A stretch of 64,000 nucleotides of DNA from the NCBI GenBank assembly GCA_963743055.1, contig CAVUOK010000005.1, forward strand, positions 76,666-140,665, written 5' to 3'. The DNA comes from an uncultured Actinomycetes bacterium. Its GTDB lineage: Bacteria > Actinomycetota > Thermoleophilia > Solirubrobacterales > Solirubrobacteraceae. The notes beneath the pieces are model-generated. The model was not told the DNA's origin and ran no database searches. It saw only the letters and a list, made by a program, of their open reading frames with translations. The position numbers and the translations under genes were made by a program. Each line of letters starts with the position of its first letter. The stretch's first letter is position 1. Below are positions 15,170-30,199 of this stretch, piece after piece.

Positions 15170-16663
15170 GTGACTCTGGACAACCGCACCCGCTGGTTCG
15201 CGCTGATCGTGCTGTGCGCGGGCAACCTGATGATCGTCCTGGATACGACGATCGTGAACGTCGCCTTGCCGTCGATCCGCGAGGACCTCGGCTTCTCGGA
15301 GACTTCGCTGGCGTGGGTCGTCAACGCGTACCTCCTGACGTTCGGTGGCTTCCTGCTGCTCGGCGGCAGGCTGGGCGATCTCTTCGGCCACCGCAAGCTG
15401 TTTCTCGTCGGGCTGTCGCTGTTCACCGTGGCCTCGCTGGCGTGCGGCACGGCGCAATCGCAGGAGTTCCTCATCGCGGCGCGCGCGATCCAGGGGTTCG
15501 GCGGCGCGCTGGTCGCCGTCGTCGCGCTGTCGCTCGTCATGACGCTCTTCACCGAACCCGCCGAGCGCGCGAAGGCGATGGGCGTGATCGGCTTCGTCGC
15601 CTCCGGCGGCGGCACCGTCGGCGTCGTGCTCGGCGGCATCCTGACCGACGCGCTCGATTGGCACTGGATCTTCCTCGTCAACCTCCCGATCGGGATCGCC
15701 GTCTTCGTCGCGGTCGTGAAGCTGCTGCCCGCAAGTCGCGGCCCCGCGAGCGACATGCAGCTCGACGTCGGCGGCGCAGTGACCGTGACGACGGCGCTCA
15801 TGATCGCCGTCTACGCGATCGTCAACGGCAACGACAAGGGCTGGACCTCCGCGCAGACGCTCGGCATGCTCGCCGTCGCGATCGTGCTGTTCGCCGTCTT
15901 CATCGCGATCGAGGCGAGCTCCCGCTCGCCGCTCATGCCGCTCGGCCTGTTTCGCAAGCGCAACGTCGCCGTCGCGAACGTCGTCGGCGTGCTGTGGGCC
16001 GCCGCCATGTTCGCGTGGTTCTTCCTGTCGGCCCTGTACCTGCAGCTCGTGCTGCACTACAGCCCGCTCGAGGTCGGTCTCGCGTTCTTGCCCGGCAACC
16101 TCGTGATGATGTTCTTCTCCGTCGTGCTGTCGGCGAAGATCGTCATGCGCTACGGCTTCCGGCTGCCGCTCGGCGCAGGGCTGACGGTCGCCGCGCTCGG
16201 GCTGCTGTGGCTCGCGCGCGCGCCGGTCGACGGCGACTTCGTCGTCGACGTCCTGCCCAGCATGATCCTGCTCGGCGTCGGCGCGGGCATCGCGTTCAAC
16301 CCGGTGCTGCTCGCCGCGATGAGCGACGTCGAGCCGCAGGACGCCGGCCTGGCCTCCGGAGTCGTGAACACCGCGTTCATGATGGGCGGCGCGCTCGGCC
16401 TCGCCGTGCTCGCGAGCCTCGCGGACTCGCGCTCGAGCAGCCTGCTCGCCGACGGCGAGAGCGCGCTGTCGGCGCTGACCAGCGGCTACCACCTGTCGTT
16501 CGTCGTGGGCGCGCTGTTCGCGCTCGCCGCGGCCGCGATCGGCGCCGGGCTGCTGCGCAACGCCCAGATGGGTCCCCCACCCGGCCACGGCGCGGGGACG
16601 CCCGAGCACGACGAAGCAGCGCAGCCGGAGCCCGTCGAGCGCGTTCCGGAGACGGTCTCCTAG
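15170..16663 (+). CDS. MFS transporter, DHA2 (EmrB/QacA, 14-TM) drug:H+ antiporter family
   Basis: Sequence features: LIVLCAGNLMIVLDTTIVNVALPSI...AWVVNAYLLTFGGFLLLGGRLGDLFGHRKLF. About 14 hydrophobic segments are present. Confidence 0.9.
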   Translation: MTLDNRTRWFALIVLCAGNLMIVLDTTIVNVALPSIREDLGFSETSLAWVVNAYLLTFGGFLLLGGRLGDLFGHRKLFLVGLSLFTVASLACGTAQSQEFLIAARAIQGFGGALVAVVALSLVMTLFTEPAERAKAMGVIGFVASGGGTVGVVLGGILTDALDWHWIFLVNLPIGIAVFVAVVKLLPASRGPASDMQLDVGGAVTVTTALMIAVYAIVNGNDKGWTSAQTLGMLAVAIVLFAVFIAIEASSRSPLMPLGLFRKRNVAVANVVGVLWAAAMFAWFFLSALYLQLVLHYSPLEVGLAFLPGNLVMMFFSVVLSAKIVMRYGFRLPLGAGLTVAALGLLWLARAPVDGDFVVDVLPSMILLGVGAGIAFNPVLLAAMSDVEPQDAGLASGVVNTAFMMGGALGLAVLASLADSRSSSLLADGESALSALTSGYHLSFVVGALFALAAAAIGAGLLRNAQMGPPPGHGAGTPEHDEAAQPEPVERVPETVS

Positions 16664-16708
16664 CAGGCGAGCCTTGCCGTCGCCTCGTGAGCGTGCGAAC
16701 ATACGTTC

Positions 16709-17905
16709 GTGCCTCGCGAGGCGACGATCCTGCACGCCGACCTCGACGCGTTCTTCGCCTCGGTCGAGCAGCGCGACGACCCGTCGCTGCGCGCCCGGCC
16801 GGTCATCGTCGGCGGCGGGGTCGTGCTCGCCGCCAGCTACGAGGCGCGCGCGTTCGGCGTCCGGTCGGCGATGGGCGGCGCGAAGGCGCGGCGCCTGTGC
16901 CCGCAGGCGATCACCGTGCCGCCGCGCTTCGCCGCGTACGTCGAAGCCAGCAAGGCCGTCCGCGCGATCTTCGTCGAGACCTCGCCGACGGTCGAGTGCG
17001 TCTCCATCGACGAGGCGTTCCTCGACGTCCGCGGACTCGAGACGATCATCGGCACGCCGCTTGAGATCGCGACCCGGCTGCGCGGCACGGTGCGCGATCA
17101 GGTCGGCCTGCCGCTGACCGTCGGGATCGCGACGACGAAGCTGCTCGCGAAGGTCGCCAGCGGGGTGGCGAAGCCCGACGGGCTGCTGCTCGTCGCGCCC
17201 GACGAGGAGCTCGCGTTCCTGCACCCGCTGCCCGTCGGCCGGCTGTGGGGCGTCGGCGCCGTCACGGGCCGCAAGCTCAACGACCGCGGCATCGCCACCG
17301 TCGGCGACCTCGCGCAGGCCGGCGAGGCCGCGCTCGTCGCGATCGTCGGCCGCTCGTCGGGGCGCTACCTGCACAACGCCGCGTTCAACCGCGACGTGCG
17401 CCCGGTGCGCTCGGGCCGGCGGCGGCGCTCGATCGGCTCCCAGCGCGCGCTGGGGCGCAACGCGATGACCCCCAAGCAGCTCGACGGCGTGATCGTCGCG
17501 CTCGTCGACCGCGTCACCCGCCGCATGCGCCGGGCCGGGCTGACCGGTCGCACGATCGCGCTGCGGCTGCGCTTCGACGACTTCAAGCGCGCGTCGCGAT
17601 CGCGCACCCTGGCCCGCGCGACCGCGGCCACCGACTCGATCCTCTTCATCGCACGCGCGCTGCTCGAAGCGGCGGGGCCGCTCATCCAGCGCCGCGGCGT
17701 CACGCTCGTCGGCATCACGATCTCGGGCATCGAGCGCGACAGCGGGCAGCTCGCGCTGCCGCTGCACGGGCACGATGCCGGGACGCTCGACGCCACGCTC
17801 GACGACGTCCGCGAGCGCTTCGGCACGGCGGCGATCACCCGCGCGACGCTGCTCGGCACGACGGACCCCGGCCTCGAGCCGTGGCTCGAGCCCGGTGGCC
17901 TGTGA
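16709..17905 (+). CDS. dinB: DNA polymerase IV (Y-family)
   Basis: Sequence features: ILHADLDAFFASVEQRDDPSLRARPVIVGG...SIDEAFLDV...GIATTKLLAKVAS. Confidence 0.95.
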   Translation: MPREATILHADLDAFFASVEQRDDPSLRARPVIVGGGVVLAASYEARAFGVRSAMGGAKARRLCPQAITVPPRFAAYVEASKAVRAIFVETSPTVECVSIDEAFLDVRGLETIIGTPLEIATRLRGTVRDQVGLPLTVGIATTKLLAKVASGVAKPDGLLLVAPDEELAFLHPLPVGRLWGVGAVTGRKLNDRGIATVGDLAQAGEAALVAIVGRSSGRYLHNAAFNRDVRPVRSGRRRRSIGSQRALGRNAMTPKQLDGVIVALVDRVTRRMRRAGLTGRTIALRLRFDDFKRASRSRTLARATAATDSILFIARALLEAAGPLIQRRGVTLVGITISGIERDSGQLALPLHGHDAGTLDATLDDVRERFGTAAITRATLLGTTDPGLEPWLEPGGL

Positions 17906-18022
17906 AGCTCGGCGAAACGACCCGCCGACGTCCATCGTGCACGTCGAGCCCGGCCGCTGCGGCGCCGGCCGGGTGGCGAGCCTCGGCCCCCGCCCCCGGC
18001 GAGCGGGCAACCCGGGCGATGC

Positions 18023-19210
18023 TCAGCCGGGCTGCTGCTGCGCCTGCGAGGGGCGGGTGCCGAGCTTGACAGCGACGACCTTCTTCTCACCGCCGCGCTG
18101 CACCGTGACGTCGACCGACTTGCCGGGCGGCAAGCTCGCGATCGCCGCGGCGACGCCGTCCGCGCGCTCGACCGCGCGCCCGCCGATCGCGACGATGCGA
18201 TCGCCGGCTCGCAGGCCGGAGTCGTCGGCCGGCCCACCGGGGACGACCGACCCGACGACCGCGCCGGTCCCGGTCGCGGCGTCGGCGGTCTGGATGCCGA
18301 GGTAGCCCCGCTTGATCTCCTGGCCGGTCTTCAGCTGCGGCAGCACCTGCTTGGCGGTGTCGATCGGGATCGCGAAGCCGACGCCCGAGTTGGACTGCGT
18401 CGAGGTCGCGATCTGCGCGTTGATGCCGACGACCTTGCCGCTCGCGTCGAGCAGCGGCCCGCCGGAGTTGCCGGGGTTGATCGCGGCGTCGGTCTGCACG
18501 ACGTTGTCGATCGAGAAGTCGTTGGGCGCCTGGATCGAGCGGCCCAGCGCGGAGATGACACCCGTCGTCAGGGTGCCCTCGAGGCGGAACGGGCTGCCGA
18601 TCGCGATCGCGGGCTGGCCGACCTTCAGGTCCTTGGAGGATCCGAGCTGAAGCGGCGTGAGCTTGCGCCCGGCCGGATCGATCTTCACGAGCGCGAGGTC
18701 CGTCGACGGGTCGACGCCGACGACGCGCGCCGTCACTGGCGCGCCTTCGCCGAAGCGCACGCGCACGGTCTGCGCGCCGTCGACGACGTGGTCGTTGGTG
18801 AGGATGTAGCCGTCGCGGTCGAGCACGAAGCCCGAGCCGGTGCCGCCGCCTTCGGCGGTCGTGACCTCGACGGACACGACGCCCGGGCTCACGCGCTCGT
18901 AGAGCGCCGACACGTCGGTCGCGCTGCGCGCGGGCGCCGCGGCCGGGGCCGAGGCCGAGGCCGGCGCCGGCGCCGCCGCGACGGAGGGGGTCGCGGCGGC
19001 ACCGGTGCTCCCGGAGGAGGAGCTCGACGTCGAGAAGGCCCCGCCGATGGCGAGGCCGAGGATCGGGAGAGCGACGACGAGGGCGCCGAGCAGCCCGGCG
19101 AGGAAGTGCGAGCGGCGCAGGTCGGTTCGGGGGGCGGGAGAGCGGGGTTCCGTAGCGGTAGCCATGGCCGTCACTACATCCGAGCGCGCTGAACCAAAGC
19201 TCACCCGCAC
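18023..19210 (-). CDS. HtrA/DegP-family serine protease with C-terminal PDZ domain
   Basis: Sequence features: GSGFVLDRDGYILTNDHVV...DLALVKI...NPGNSGGPLLD, with a PDZ-like tail. An alternative start is the ATG at 19165 (MATATEP). Confidence 0.9.
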   Translation of the reverse strand: MRVSFGSARSDVVTAMATATEPRSPAPRTDLRRSHFLAGLLGALVVALPILGLAIGGAFSTSSSSSGSTGAAATPSVAAAPAPASASAPAAAPARSATDVSALYERVSPGVVSVEVTTAEGGGTGSGFVLDRDGYILTNDHVVDGAQTVRVRFGEGAPVTARVVGVDPSTDLALVKIDPAGRKLTPLQLGSSKDLKVGQPAIAIGSPFRLEGTLTTGVISALGRSIQAPNDFSIDNVVQTDAAINPGNSGGPLLDASGKVVGINAQIATSTQSNSGVGFAIPIDTAKQVLPQLKTGQEIKRGYLGIQTADAATGTGAVVGSVVPGGPADDSGLRAGDRIVAIGGRAVERADGVAAAIASLPPGKSVDVTVQRGGEKKVVAVKLGTRPSQAQQQPG

Positions 19211-19293
19211 GTAAGAAAAACGCGAGAAGCGGGCCCGAAATCCACCGGCTCGCGCACCGCCGAGCCGCCTTGGCGCGGGTACGCTAGGTCGCT

Positions 19294-20904
<1,611 letters not shown>

Positions 20905-20987
20905 CAGCGCGCGGCTGGTTTGGATCCATCTCGGGTAACAAACGCCCACGTTCATCGGGGCAGGTCGCTTCCTGGGGGGTCGTTCAC

Positions 20988-23900
20988 ATGCAGGGATTCG
21001 CACGTCACACGGTCCGGGTCACGCTGGTCGCCGCGCTGGGGCTGGCAGCGTTCGCCGGCTCGGCGCAGGCCGCCGCCGGGCTGAACGGCTACCGGGTCAA
21101 GGCGACCCCCGCCAACCTCAAGGCCCTCGCGGCGCAGGGCTTCGACCTCACCGAGGGGCGTGACTCCAAGCGCGGCACGATCGACGTCGTCGGCACCGCC
21201 GCCCAGATCGGCTCCGCCAAGGTCGACGCGCGCAAGCTGACGAGCTTCACCCGCGAAGCCACCCGCAACGGCCCGCGCAGCGCCCAGAGCGACGCCACCG
21301 CCGGCGCGACCGACGCCGCGTTCGACGTCTGGACGAAGTACGACCGCGTCACCGAGCCCGGCGGCCCCGAGAACCAGAAGGTGCAGTACCTCGAGCAGTA
21401 CGACCGCCTCCTCGAACGCTTTCCGGATCTCGTCAAGCAACGGGTCGTCGGGACGACCTACGGCGGTCGCGACATCATCGCGATGCAGGTCACCAAGGGC
21501 GCGACCGGCGCGGACATCGCCGGCCGGCCCGCCGTCCTCTACAACGCCATGCAGCACGCCCGCGAGTGGCTCGCCGGCGAGACGTGCCGTCGCACGCTGG
21601 ACTACTTCCTCGACAACTACGGCAAGGGCACGAGCGCCGGCCTCGAGGTCACGAAGCTCGTCGACTCGACCGAGCTGTGGTTCGTCTGCGTCAACAACCC
21701 CGACGGCTACGAGTACACGTTCACGCCCGGCAACAGGCTGTGGCGCAAAAACCTGCGCGACAACGCGACGCCGGGCCATCCGCTGGGCGACGGCATGATC
21801 GACAACAAGGACGGCGTCGACCCCAACCGCAACTTCTCGTCGAACTGGGGCCGCGACGACGACGGCTCCTCGCCGCGCGTCGACTCCGAGACCTACCGCG
21901 GCCCGGAGGCGGCATCCGAGCCCGAGACGAAGGCCATGGAGGCGCTGTTCGCCGAGATCAAGCCGGTCTTCCAGAAGAACGACCACACGGCGGCCGAGCT
22001 GCTGCTGTACCCGCAGGGCTTCCAGCAGGACACCCCCTCCGCCGACGACGAGATCTTCACGGCGCTGGCGGGCGACCCGTTCAAGCCGGGCATCGAGGGA
22101 TTTTTGCCCGAGCTCTCCGCCGGGCTCTACATCACCAACGGCGACTTCACCGACTGGGCGTACAACGTCAAGAGCACCCTGTCGTTCACGCCGGAGGGGA
22201 CGCAGGCCGAGGACCCGAACGTCACGGGCTTCGAGTACCCCGACTCGCCGCAGCAGATCCAGCAGGAGTTCCGCCGCCACCTGCCGTTCGTGCTCGATCT
22301 CGCGAAGTCCGCGGCCGACCCGTCCGAGCCCGTCTCGCACCTCGACAACGTGGCGGAGGACTTCACGGTCGACACGTTCGCCGAGTCCTACGGTGACCCG
22401 CAGCCGGTGGGCGCCGTCGTCAAGCGCAAGCTCGGCGCGGTCACGATGCGCTTCAAGGTCAACGGCGGAGCGACGCAGGTCGTGCCGACGCGCGAGTACG
22501 CCGGTGGCGACCGCTACTACAAGGACCCCGGCGTCTTCTACCACCGCGTGCGCGGGTTCGTCGTCGGCACGTCGCCCGGCGACTCGGTGGAGGCGTGGTT
22601 CACGGCCGGCGGCAAGACGTCTGCGCACTTCACGTACAAGGCCGTGGTCGAGAGCAGCAAGCCCCTGCTGATCCTCGCCAACGAGGACTACTCGGGCGTG
22701 CAGCCGAACACCACCCCGACCACGCAGACCGCCCCGAAGTACCTCTCCTACTTCACGGCGGCGCTCGACGCCGCGGGCGTGAGCTACGACGTCTACGACG
22801 TCGACGCGCACGGGCGCCGTCCTCCGGACCCGCTGGGGATCCTCGCGCACTACTCGCACGTGGTCTGGTTCACGGGTGACGACTACCTGCCGCGCGAGCC
22901 CGGCCAGCCGGCCGGCTCGGGGATCACCAAGAGCGCGATCGACACGCAGAACGCCGTGCGCGACTTCATGAACGACGGCGGCAAGGTCTTCTTCACCGGC
23001 AAGAACGCCGGCCGCGCCTTCGCCGAGGGCTACCAGTACAACCCGTTCCAGGCCGAGGAGCACGAGTTCTGCCTGGACAACCCGTCGTGCATCGCCGTCC
23101 AGGACGACTTCCTGCAGTACTACCTCGGCGCCTACCGCTACGTCGTCGGCGGCGGCGAGGACGAGAACGGCGTTCCGTTCCCGGTCCAGGGGACGGTGAG
23201 CCCGTTCACGCCGTTGACGTTCGACTTCAACGGCGCCGACTCGGCGCGGAACAACGACAGCACCGCGACGCTGCTGACGACGTCCTCGGTGCTCGACCCG
23301 GGCCTGCATCCGCTGTTCAAGGACTCCAAGGCGGTCGCGGCGTGGCAGCGGCCGTTCGCGTCGCCGTTCAACCCGCATGCCGGCAGCCAGTTCCTCTCGG
23401 CGGGCGCGGACGATCGCGCCTACAAGCGGCTGCAGAAGACCTTCACGATCCCGGCAGGGGGCGGGAAGGTGAAGCTCTGGACGTCGTACGACCTCGAGCC
23501 CGACTACGACTACATGTTCGTCGAGATCCACTCGGCAACCGGCCCGAACACGGATGACTGGACGACGCTCGAGGACGAGAACGGCCATACGAGCGACGAC
23601 ACCGGGCTGTCGTGCCCGACCGACGCCGGCGGCGTCGGCTCGGCATGGCAGACCAACCACCCGTTCCTGGCCCACTACCAGACGGTCCAGGCGTCCGGCG
23701 ACGACTGCGATCCGACCGGTTCCAGCGGCGAGTGGAACGCGACGACTGGCAACTCCGGCGGCTGGCAGGAGTGGTCGCTGCCGATCCCGGCGGCCTACGC
23801 GGGCAAGACCGTCGACATCGCGGTGACCGTCGCGACCGATCCTGGCACGCTCGGCCTTGGCACCTGGCTCGACGAGCTGCGCGTCGTCGACTCGGCGAAC

Positions 23901-24608
23901 GCCCCGATCAACAGCGCCGACCCCTCGTTCGAGGCGGGGATCGACGGCTGGACGCTCCCCGGGCCTCCCGGGCCGGCGGGGTCGGGCGGTCAGTCGCAGG
24001 AGACCGGCTGGATGCGCGCGCAGTCCGCGCCGTTCATCGAGGCTCCGGTCGTGACGACGGACGACAGCGTCTACACGGGCTTCGCGTTCGAGGCGATCAC
24101 CGGCGCGGCGAACCGCAACGCGTTCATGAAGGCCGTGCTGACGCATCTCGGCGCGCCGAGCAAGCCGGCGTTCAACGCGCCCGCGGGCCAGCCCGAGACG
24201 GTGCCGCCACCACCGCCCCCACCACCACCGCCGCCACCACCACCCCCGCCGCCGGCTCCGCCCTTCACGCGGCAGATGAGCCTGACGGCCCCGAGCACGC
24301 AGAAGCTCGCGATCGTGCGCAGCAAGGGCGTCCTCACGACGCTGCGGTGCAATGCACGCTGCGTGGTGCGCGTGGATCTCGTGGTGGACCGCGCGACGCA
24401 GCGGGCCTACAAGCTTCCCTCGCGGCGGATCGGGCGGCGCACCGTGACGGTGTCGGCGGGACGCACGACGAAGTCCCGGACGAAGCTCACGTCCCAGGCC
24501 AAGCAGCGCCTGCGGCGCGCGACCAAGCTGCGCGTGTCCGTGCAGGCGACCTGGACCGGCGTGCGGCCCGCGGTCACGAAGACCCGCTCGGTGCGCCTCA
24601 CGCGCTGA
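20988..24608 (+). CDS. secreted zinc carboxypeptidase (peptidase M14) with a large C-terminal extension, poly-Pro linker and basic C-terminal module
   Basis: This is the in-frame part of track ORF 19485..24608, from ATG 20988 (MQGFARHTVRVTLVAALGLAAFAGSAQA), with a G-rich RBS upstream. M14 motifs are MQHAREWLAGE, NPDGYEYT, WRKNLRDN and GVDPNRNF. There are 17 consecutive Pro residues at 24204-24254. Confidence 0.85.
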   Translation: MQGFARHTVRVTLVAALGLAAFAGSAQAAAGLNGYRVKATPANLKALAAQGFDLTEGRDSKRGTIDVVGTAAQIGSAKVDARKLTSFTREATRNGPRSAQSDATAGATDAAFDVWTKYDRVTEPGGPENQKVQYLEQYDRLLERFPDLVKQRVVGTTYGGRDIIAMQVTKGATGADIAGRPAVLYNAMQHAREWLAGETCRRTLDYFLDNYGKGTSAGLEVTKLVDSTELWFVCVNNPDGYEYTFTPGNRLWRKNLRDNATPGHPLGDGMIDNKDGVDPNRNFSSNWGRDDDGSSPRVDSETYRGPEAASEPETKAMEALFAEIKPVFQKNDHTAAELLLYPQGFQQDTPSADDEIFTALAGDPFKPGIEGFLPELSAGLYITNGDFTDWAYNVKSTLSFTPEGTQAEDPNVTGFEYPDSPQQIQQEFRRHLPFVLDLAKSAADPSEPVSHLDNVAEDFTVDTFAESYGDPQPVGAVVKRKLGAVTMRFKVNGGATQVVPTREYAGGDRYYKDPGVFYHRVRGFVVGTSPGDSVEAWFTAGGKTSAHFTYKAVVESSKPLLILANEDYSGVQPNTTPTTQTAPKYLSYFTAALDAAGVSYDVYDVDAHGRRPPDPLGILAHYSHVVWFTGDDYLPREPGQPAGSGITKSAIDTQNAVRDFMNDGGKVFFTGKNAGRAFAEGYQYNPFQAEEHEFCLDNPSCIAVQDDFLQYYLGAYRYVVGGGEDENGVPFPVQGTVSPFTPLTFDFNGADSARNNDSTATLLTTSSVLDPGLHPLFKDSKAVAAWQRPFASPFNPHAGSQFLSAGADDRAYKRLQKTFTIPAGGGKVKLWTSYDLEPDYDYMFVEIHSATGPNTDDWTTLEDENGHTSDDTGLSCPTDAGGVGSAWQTNHPFLAHYQTVQASGDDCDPTGSSGEWNATTGNSGGWQEWSLPIPAAYAGKTVDIAVTVATDPGTLGLGTWLDELRVVDSANAPINSADPSFEAGIDGWTLPGPPGPAGSGGQSQETGWMRAQSAPFIEAPVVTTDDSVYTGFAFEAITGAANRNAFMKAVLTHLGAPSKPAFNAPAGQPETVPPPPPPPPPPPPPPPPPAPPFTRQMSLTAPSTQKLAIVRSKGVLTTLRCNARCVVRVDLVVDRATQRAYKLPSRRIGRRTVTVSAGRTTKSRTKLTSQAKQRLRRATKLRVSVQATWTGVRPAVTKTRSVRLTR
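24204..24254 (+). repeat. CCN run encoding 17 consecutive prolines
   Basis: Counted from the nucleotides: ccg cca cca ccg ccc cca cca cca ccg ccg cca cca cca ccc ccg ccg ccg. Confidence 0.9.
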
Positions 24609-24616
24609 GGATCTCG

Positions 24617-24646
24617 GACGGGCCGGGCCTCGGTGCCCGGCCCGTC
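24617..24646 (+). terminator. perfect 12-bp stem / 6-nt loop hairpin after the first M14 gene
   Basis: GACGGGCCGGGC-ctcggt-GCCCGGCCCGTC lies 9 nt after the TGA at 24606-24608. Confidence 0.5.
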
Positions 24647-24756
24647 AGAACCCTCGCGATGCGGGCCCGGGGGTTGACAGGGTGGAGACGGTGTGGGTCC
24701 ATGCAGGAGCGGAAGACGCGCTCGTTCACTTGACAGGCCGCTCCAGGGGGTTCCAC

Positions 24757-28495
<3,739 letters not shown>

Positions 28496-28517
28496 CCCAT
28501 CTCGGGGGGTGACGGCC

Positions 28518-28545
28518 CGCCCGCGCCGCGTTGACGGCGCGGGCG
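28518..28545. terminator. 10-bp stem hairpin between convergent genes
   Basis: CGCCCGCGCC-gcgttgac-GGCGCGGGCG lies between the stop at 28495 (plus strand) and the stop at 28556 (minus strand). Confidence 0.5.
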
Positions 28546-28555
28546 GCGCCCGAGC

Positions 28556-29935
28556 TCACCGGCGCTCGACGCGCTCGCAGCCGGAGATCCGGTCGTCGCG
28601 GTCGACGTAGACGGTGTCGAGGCCCGGCCCGCAGTCGATCGCGGTGGACCCGGCGCTGTAGCTGTGGACGGTGTCGTTGCCGGGCCCCGCGTCGATCGCG
28701 TTGGGGCCGCGGCCACGCGTGCGGATGACGTCGTCGCCGTTGCCGCCGTAGATCGCGTTGCGACCCGCGCCGCCCTGCAGGAAGTCGTCGCCGTCCTCGC
28801 CGCGGATCGTGTTGCGGCCGGGGCTGCCGTAGATCGTGTCGGCTCCGGCGCCGCCGAAGAGGCGGTCCAGCGCGCGGCTGGCGTCGCCGTGCAGTTGGTT
28901 GCCCCAGATGACGTCGCTGCCGCCGAGGCCGTGGATGATGTCGGCGCCGCTGCTGCCGAGCAGCGTGTCGTCGCGGCGCGTGCCGCGCTTGGATGCGCCG
29001 CGCTTCGGGCCGAGCCAGGTGATGCCGCGCGACGGGTCGGCCTTCGGCGCCGGCGCGTAGCTCACGGTCTCGCAGCCGCGCACGCGGCCCCTGCGCAGCA
29101 TCTGGTCGTCGGAGACGCCGCCGCGCGCACCGCGTGCGTCGAGGATCACCGTGTCGGTGCCGGGTCCGCAGTCGACGTAGTCCTGGCGGCCGCCGTCGTT
29201 GGCGTGGATCGTGTCGTCGCCGTCGCCGCCGAGCAGGCGGTCGGGTCCCGAGTCGGCGTAGAGGAAGTCGGGGCCCGAGCCGCCGAGGATCGTGTCGGTC
29301 CCCGAGCCGCCGTGCAGGACGTCGGCGCCGGCGCCGCCGACGAGGCGGTCCTGGGCGGCCTGGCCGTAGAGCAGGTCGTCGCCCGACGAGCCGTAGAGGC
29401 GGTCGTGGCCGAAGCCGCCCGCGAGGACGTCGGCGCCGGCGCCCGCGAGCAGCACGTCGTCGCCGGACGAGCCGTCGAGCCAGTCGGCGCCGGACTCGCC
29501 GACGAGCCGGTCGGGGCCGGTCTGGCCGAAGATCTGGTCGGCGCCCGCGCGGCCGAGGAGGCGGTCGGCGCCGCCCTCGCCCTGGATGAGGTCGGCTCCC
29601 GCGCGGCCGCGGATGGCGTCGGGCCCGGCGCCGCCGGTGATACGGCGCAGCCGGCCGAGCGGCAGCGGCTGCGCGGGCGGGTTGGCGAGCGACGCGTCAT
29701 GGCCGGGCGGGACGCTCGGCGGCAGCAGGCGCACGCCCGGCATGGCGGGCGTCTCGGGGCTCGGTGCCGGGGCGGGCGGGATCGGCGCTGGTGGTGGTGG
29801 TGGCGGCGGCGCGGGTGCCGGCTTCGGGCAGAGGATGATCAGCGGGCACGTCGGCGCGGCCAGCGCTGCTGCGGGCGGGGCGAGCAGCGCGCCGGCGGTG
29901 GCGAGCAGGGCGATGGCGAGCGAGCGGGCGAGCAC
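28556..29935 (-). CDS. secreted calcium-binding RTX-like repeat protein with a Pro-rich N-terminal region
   Basis: There is a signal peptide (MLARSLAIALLATAGALLAPPAAALA) followed by PAPAPPPPPPPAPIPPAPAP. Many GGxGxD-type nonapeptide units follow (GGAGADVLHGGSGTDTILGGSGPDFLYADSGPDRLLGGDGDDTI...). Confidence 0.85.
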   Translation of the reverse strand: MLARSLAIALLATAGALLAPPAAALAAPTCPLIILCPKPAPAPPPPPPPAPIPPAPAPSPETPAMPGVRLLPPSVPPGHDASLANPPAQPLPLGRLRRITGGAGPDAIRGRAGADLIQGEGGADRLLGRAGADQIFGQTGPDRLVGESGADWLDGSSGDDVLLAGAGADVLAGGFGHDRLYGSSGDDLLYGQAAQDRLVGGAGADVLHGGSGTDTILGGSGPDFLYADSGPDRLLGGDGDDTIHANDGGRQDYVDCGPGTDTVILDARGARGGVSDDQMLRRGRVRGCETVSYAPAPKADPSRGITWLGPKRGASKRGTRRDDTLLGSSGADIIHGLGGSDVIWGNQLHGDASRALDRLFGGAGADTIYGSPGRNTIRGEDGDDFLQGGAGRNAIYGGNGDDVIRTRGRGPNAIDAGPGNDTVHSYSAGSTAIDCGPGLDTVYVDRDDRISGCERVERR

Positions 29936-29980
29936 GCTCGCTCATCGGCATGGCGCGGGCGGTGCTTGAGCGCCGGCGCG

Positions 29981-30199
29981 TTAGCGCGAGCAGGCGATGT
30001 GGTGCGTGATCTCGGGGGTCGCGTCGGTGGCGCCGCTGGCCTCGAGCTGCGCTCGGACGGCCTCTTCGGCGCGGCGCTTGGACTCCCCGTAGGAGGAGCT
30101 CTCGACGCTCCAGCCCTTGAGGTCGGGGCTGTCCGCAGTCCAGCCGTCGCCGGACTTCGTGTTGCAGTGGAGCACGCGGATCGTCTGCACCTGAAGCAT
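29981..30199 (-). CDS. small HicB-like/DUF1902-like protein (orphan)
   Basis: Read from the internal ATG at 30199, the sequence is MLQVQTIRVLHCNTKSGDGWTADSPDLKGWSVESSSYGESKRRAEEAVRAQLE... This pattern is typical of the HicB N-terminal fold. There is no room for a hicA partner nearby. Confidence 0.45.
   Translation of the reverse strand: MLQVQTIRVLHCNTKSGDGWTADSPDLKGWSVESSSYGESKRRAEEAVRAQLEASGATDATPEITHHIACSR

Noticed and set aside
14078-18010. A very long ORF (1310 aa). Similar giants occur at 10950-13592(-), 19201-21003(-), 20952-24146(-), 24598-26358(-), 35859-37301(-), 57496-61779(+), 640-1893(-), 6845-8554(+), 40765-43203(+) and elsewhere.
   Set aside because: The products are Arg/Ala/Gly/Pro/Asp-rich with no motifs. 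They lie antisense or out of frame to ORFs with clear family signatures and G/C-rich third positions. These are the expected open-frame artefacts of very high-G+C DNA.
24674-24735. Two perfect TTGACA hexamers (24674-24679 and 24730-24735) upstream of the second M14 gene, considered as -35 promoter boxes.
   Set aside because: No TANNNT-like -10 element lies at 16-19 nt spacing from either hexamer. The second hexamer would place a -10 on the start codon. This is not enough support to call a promoter.
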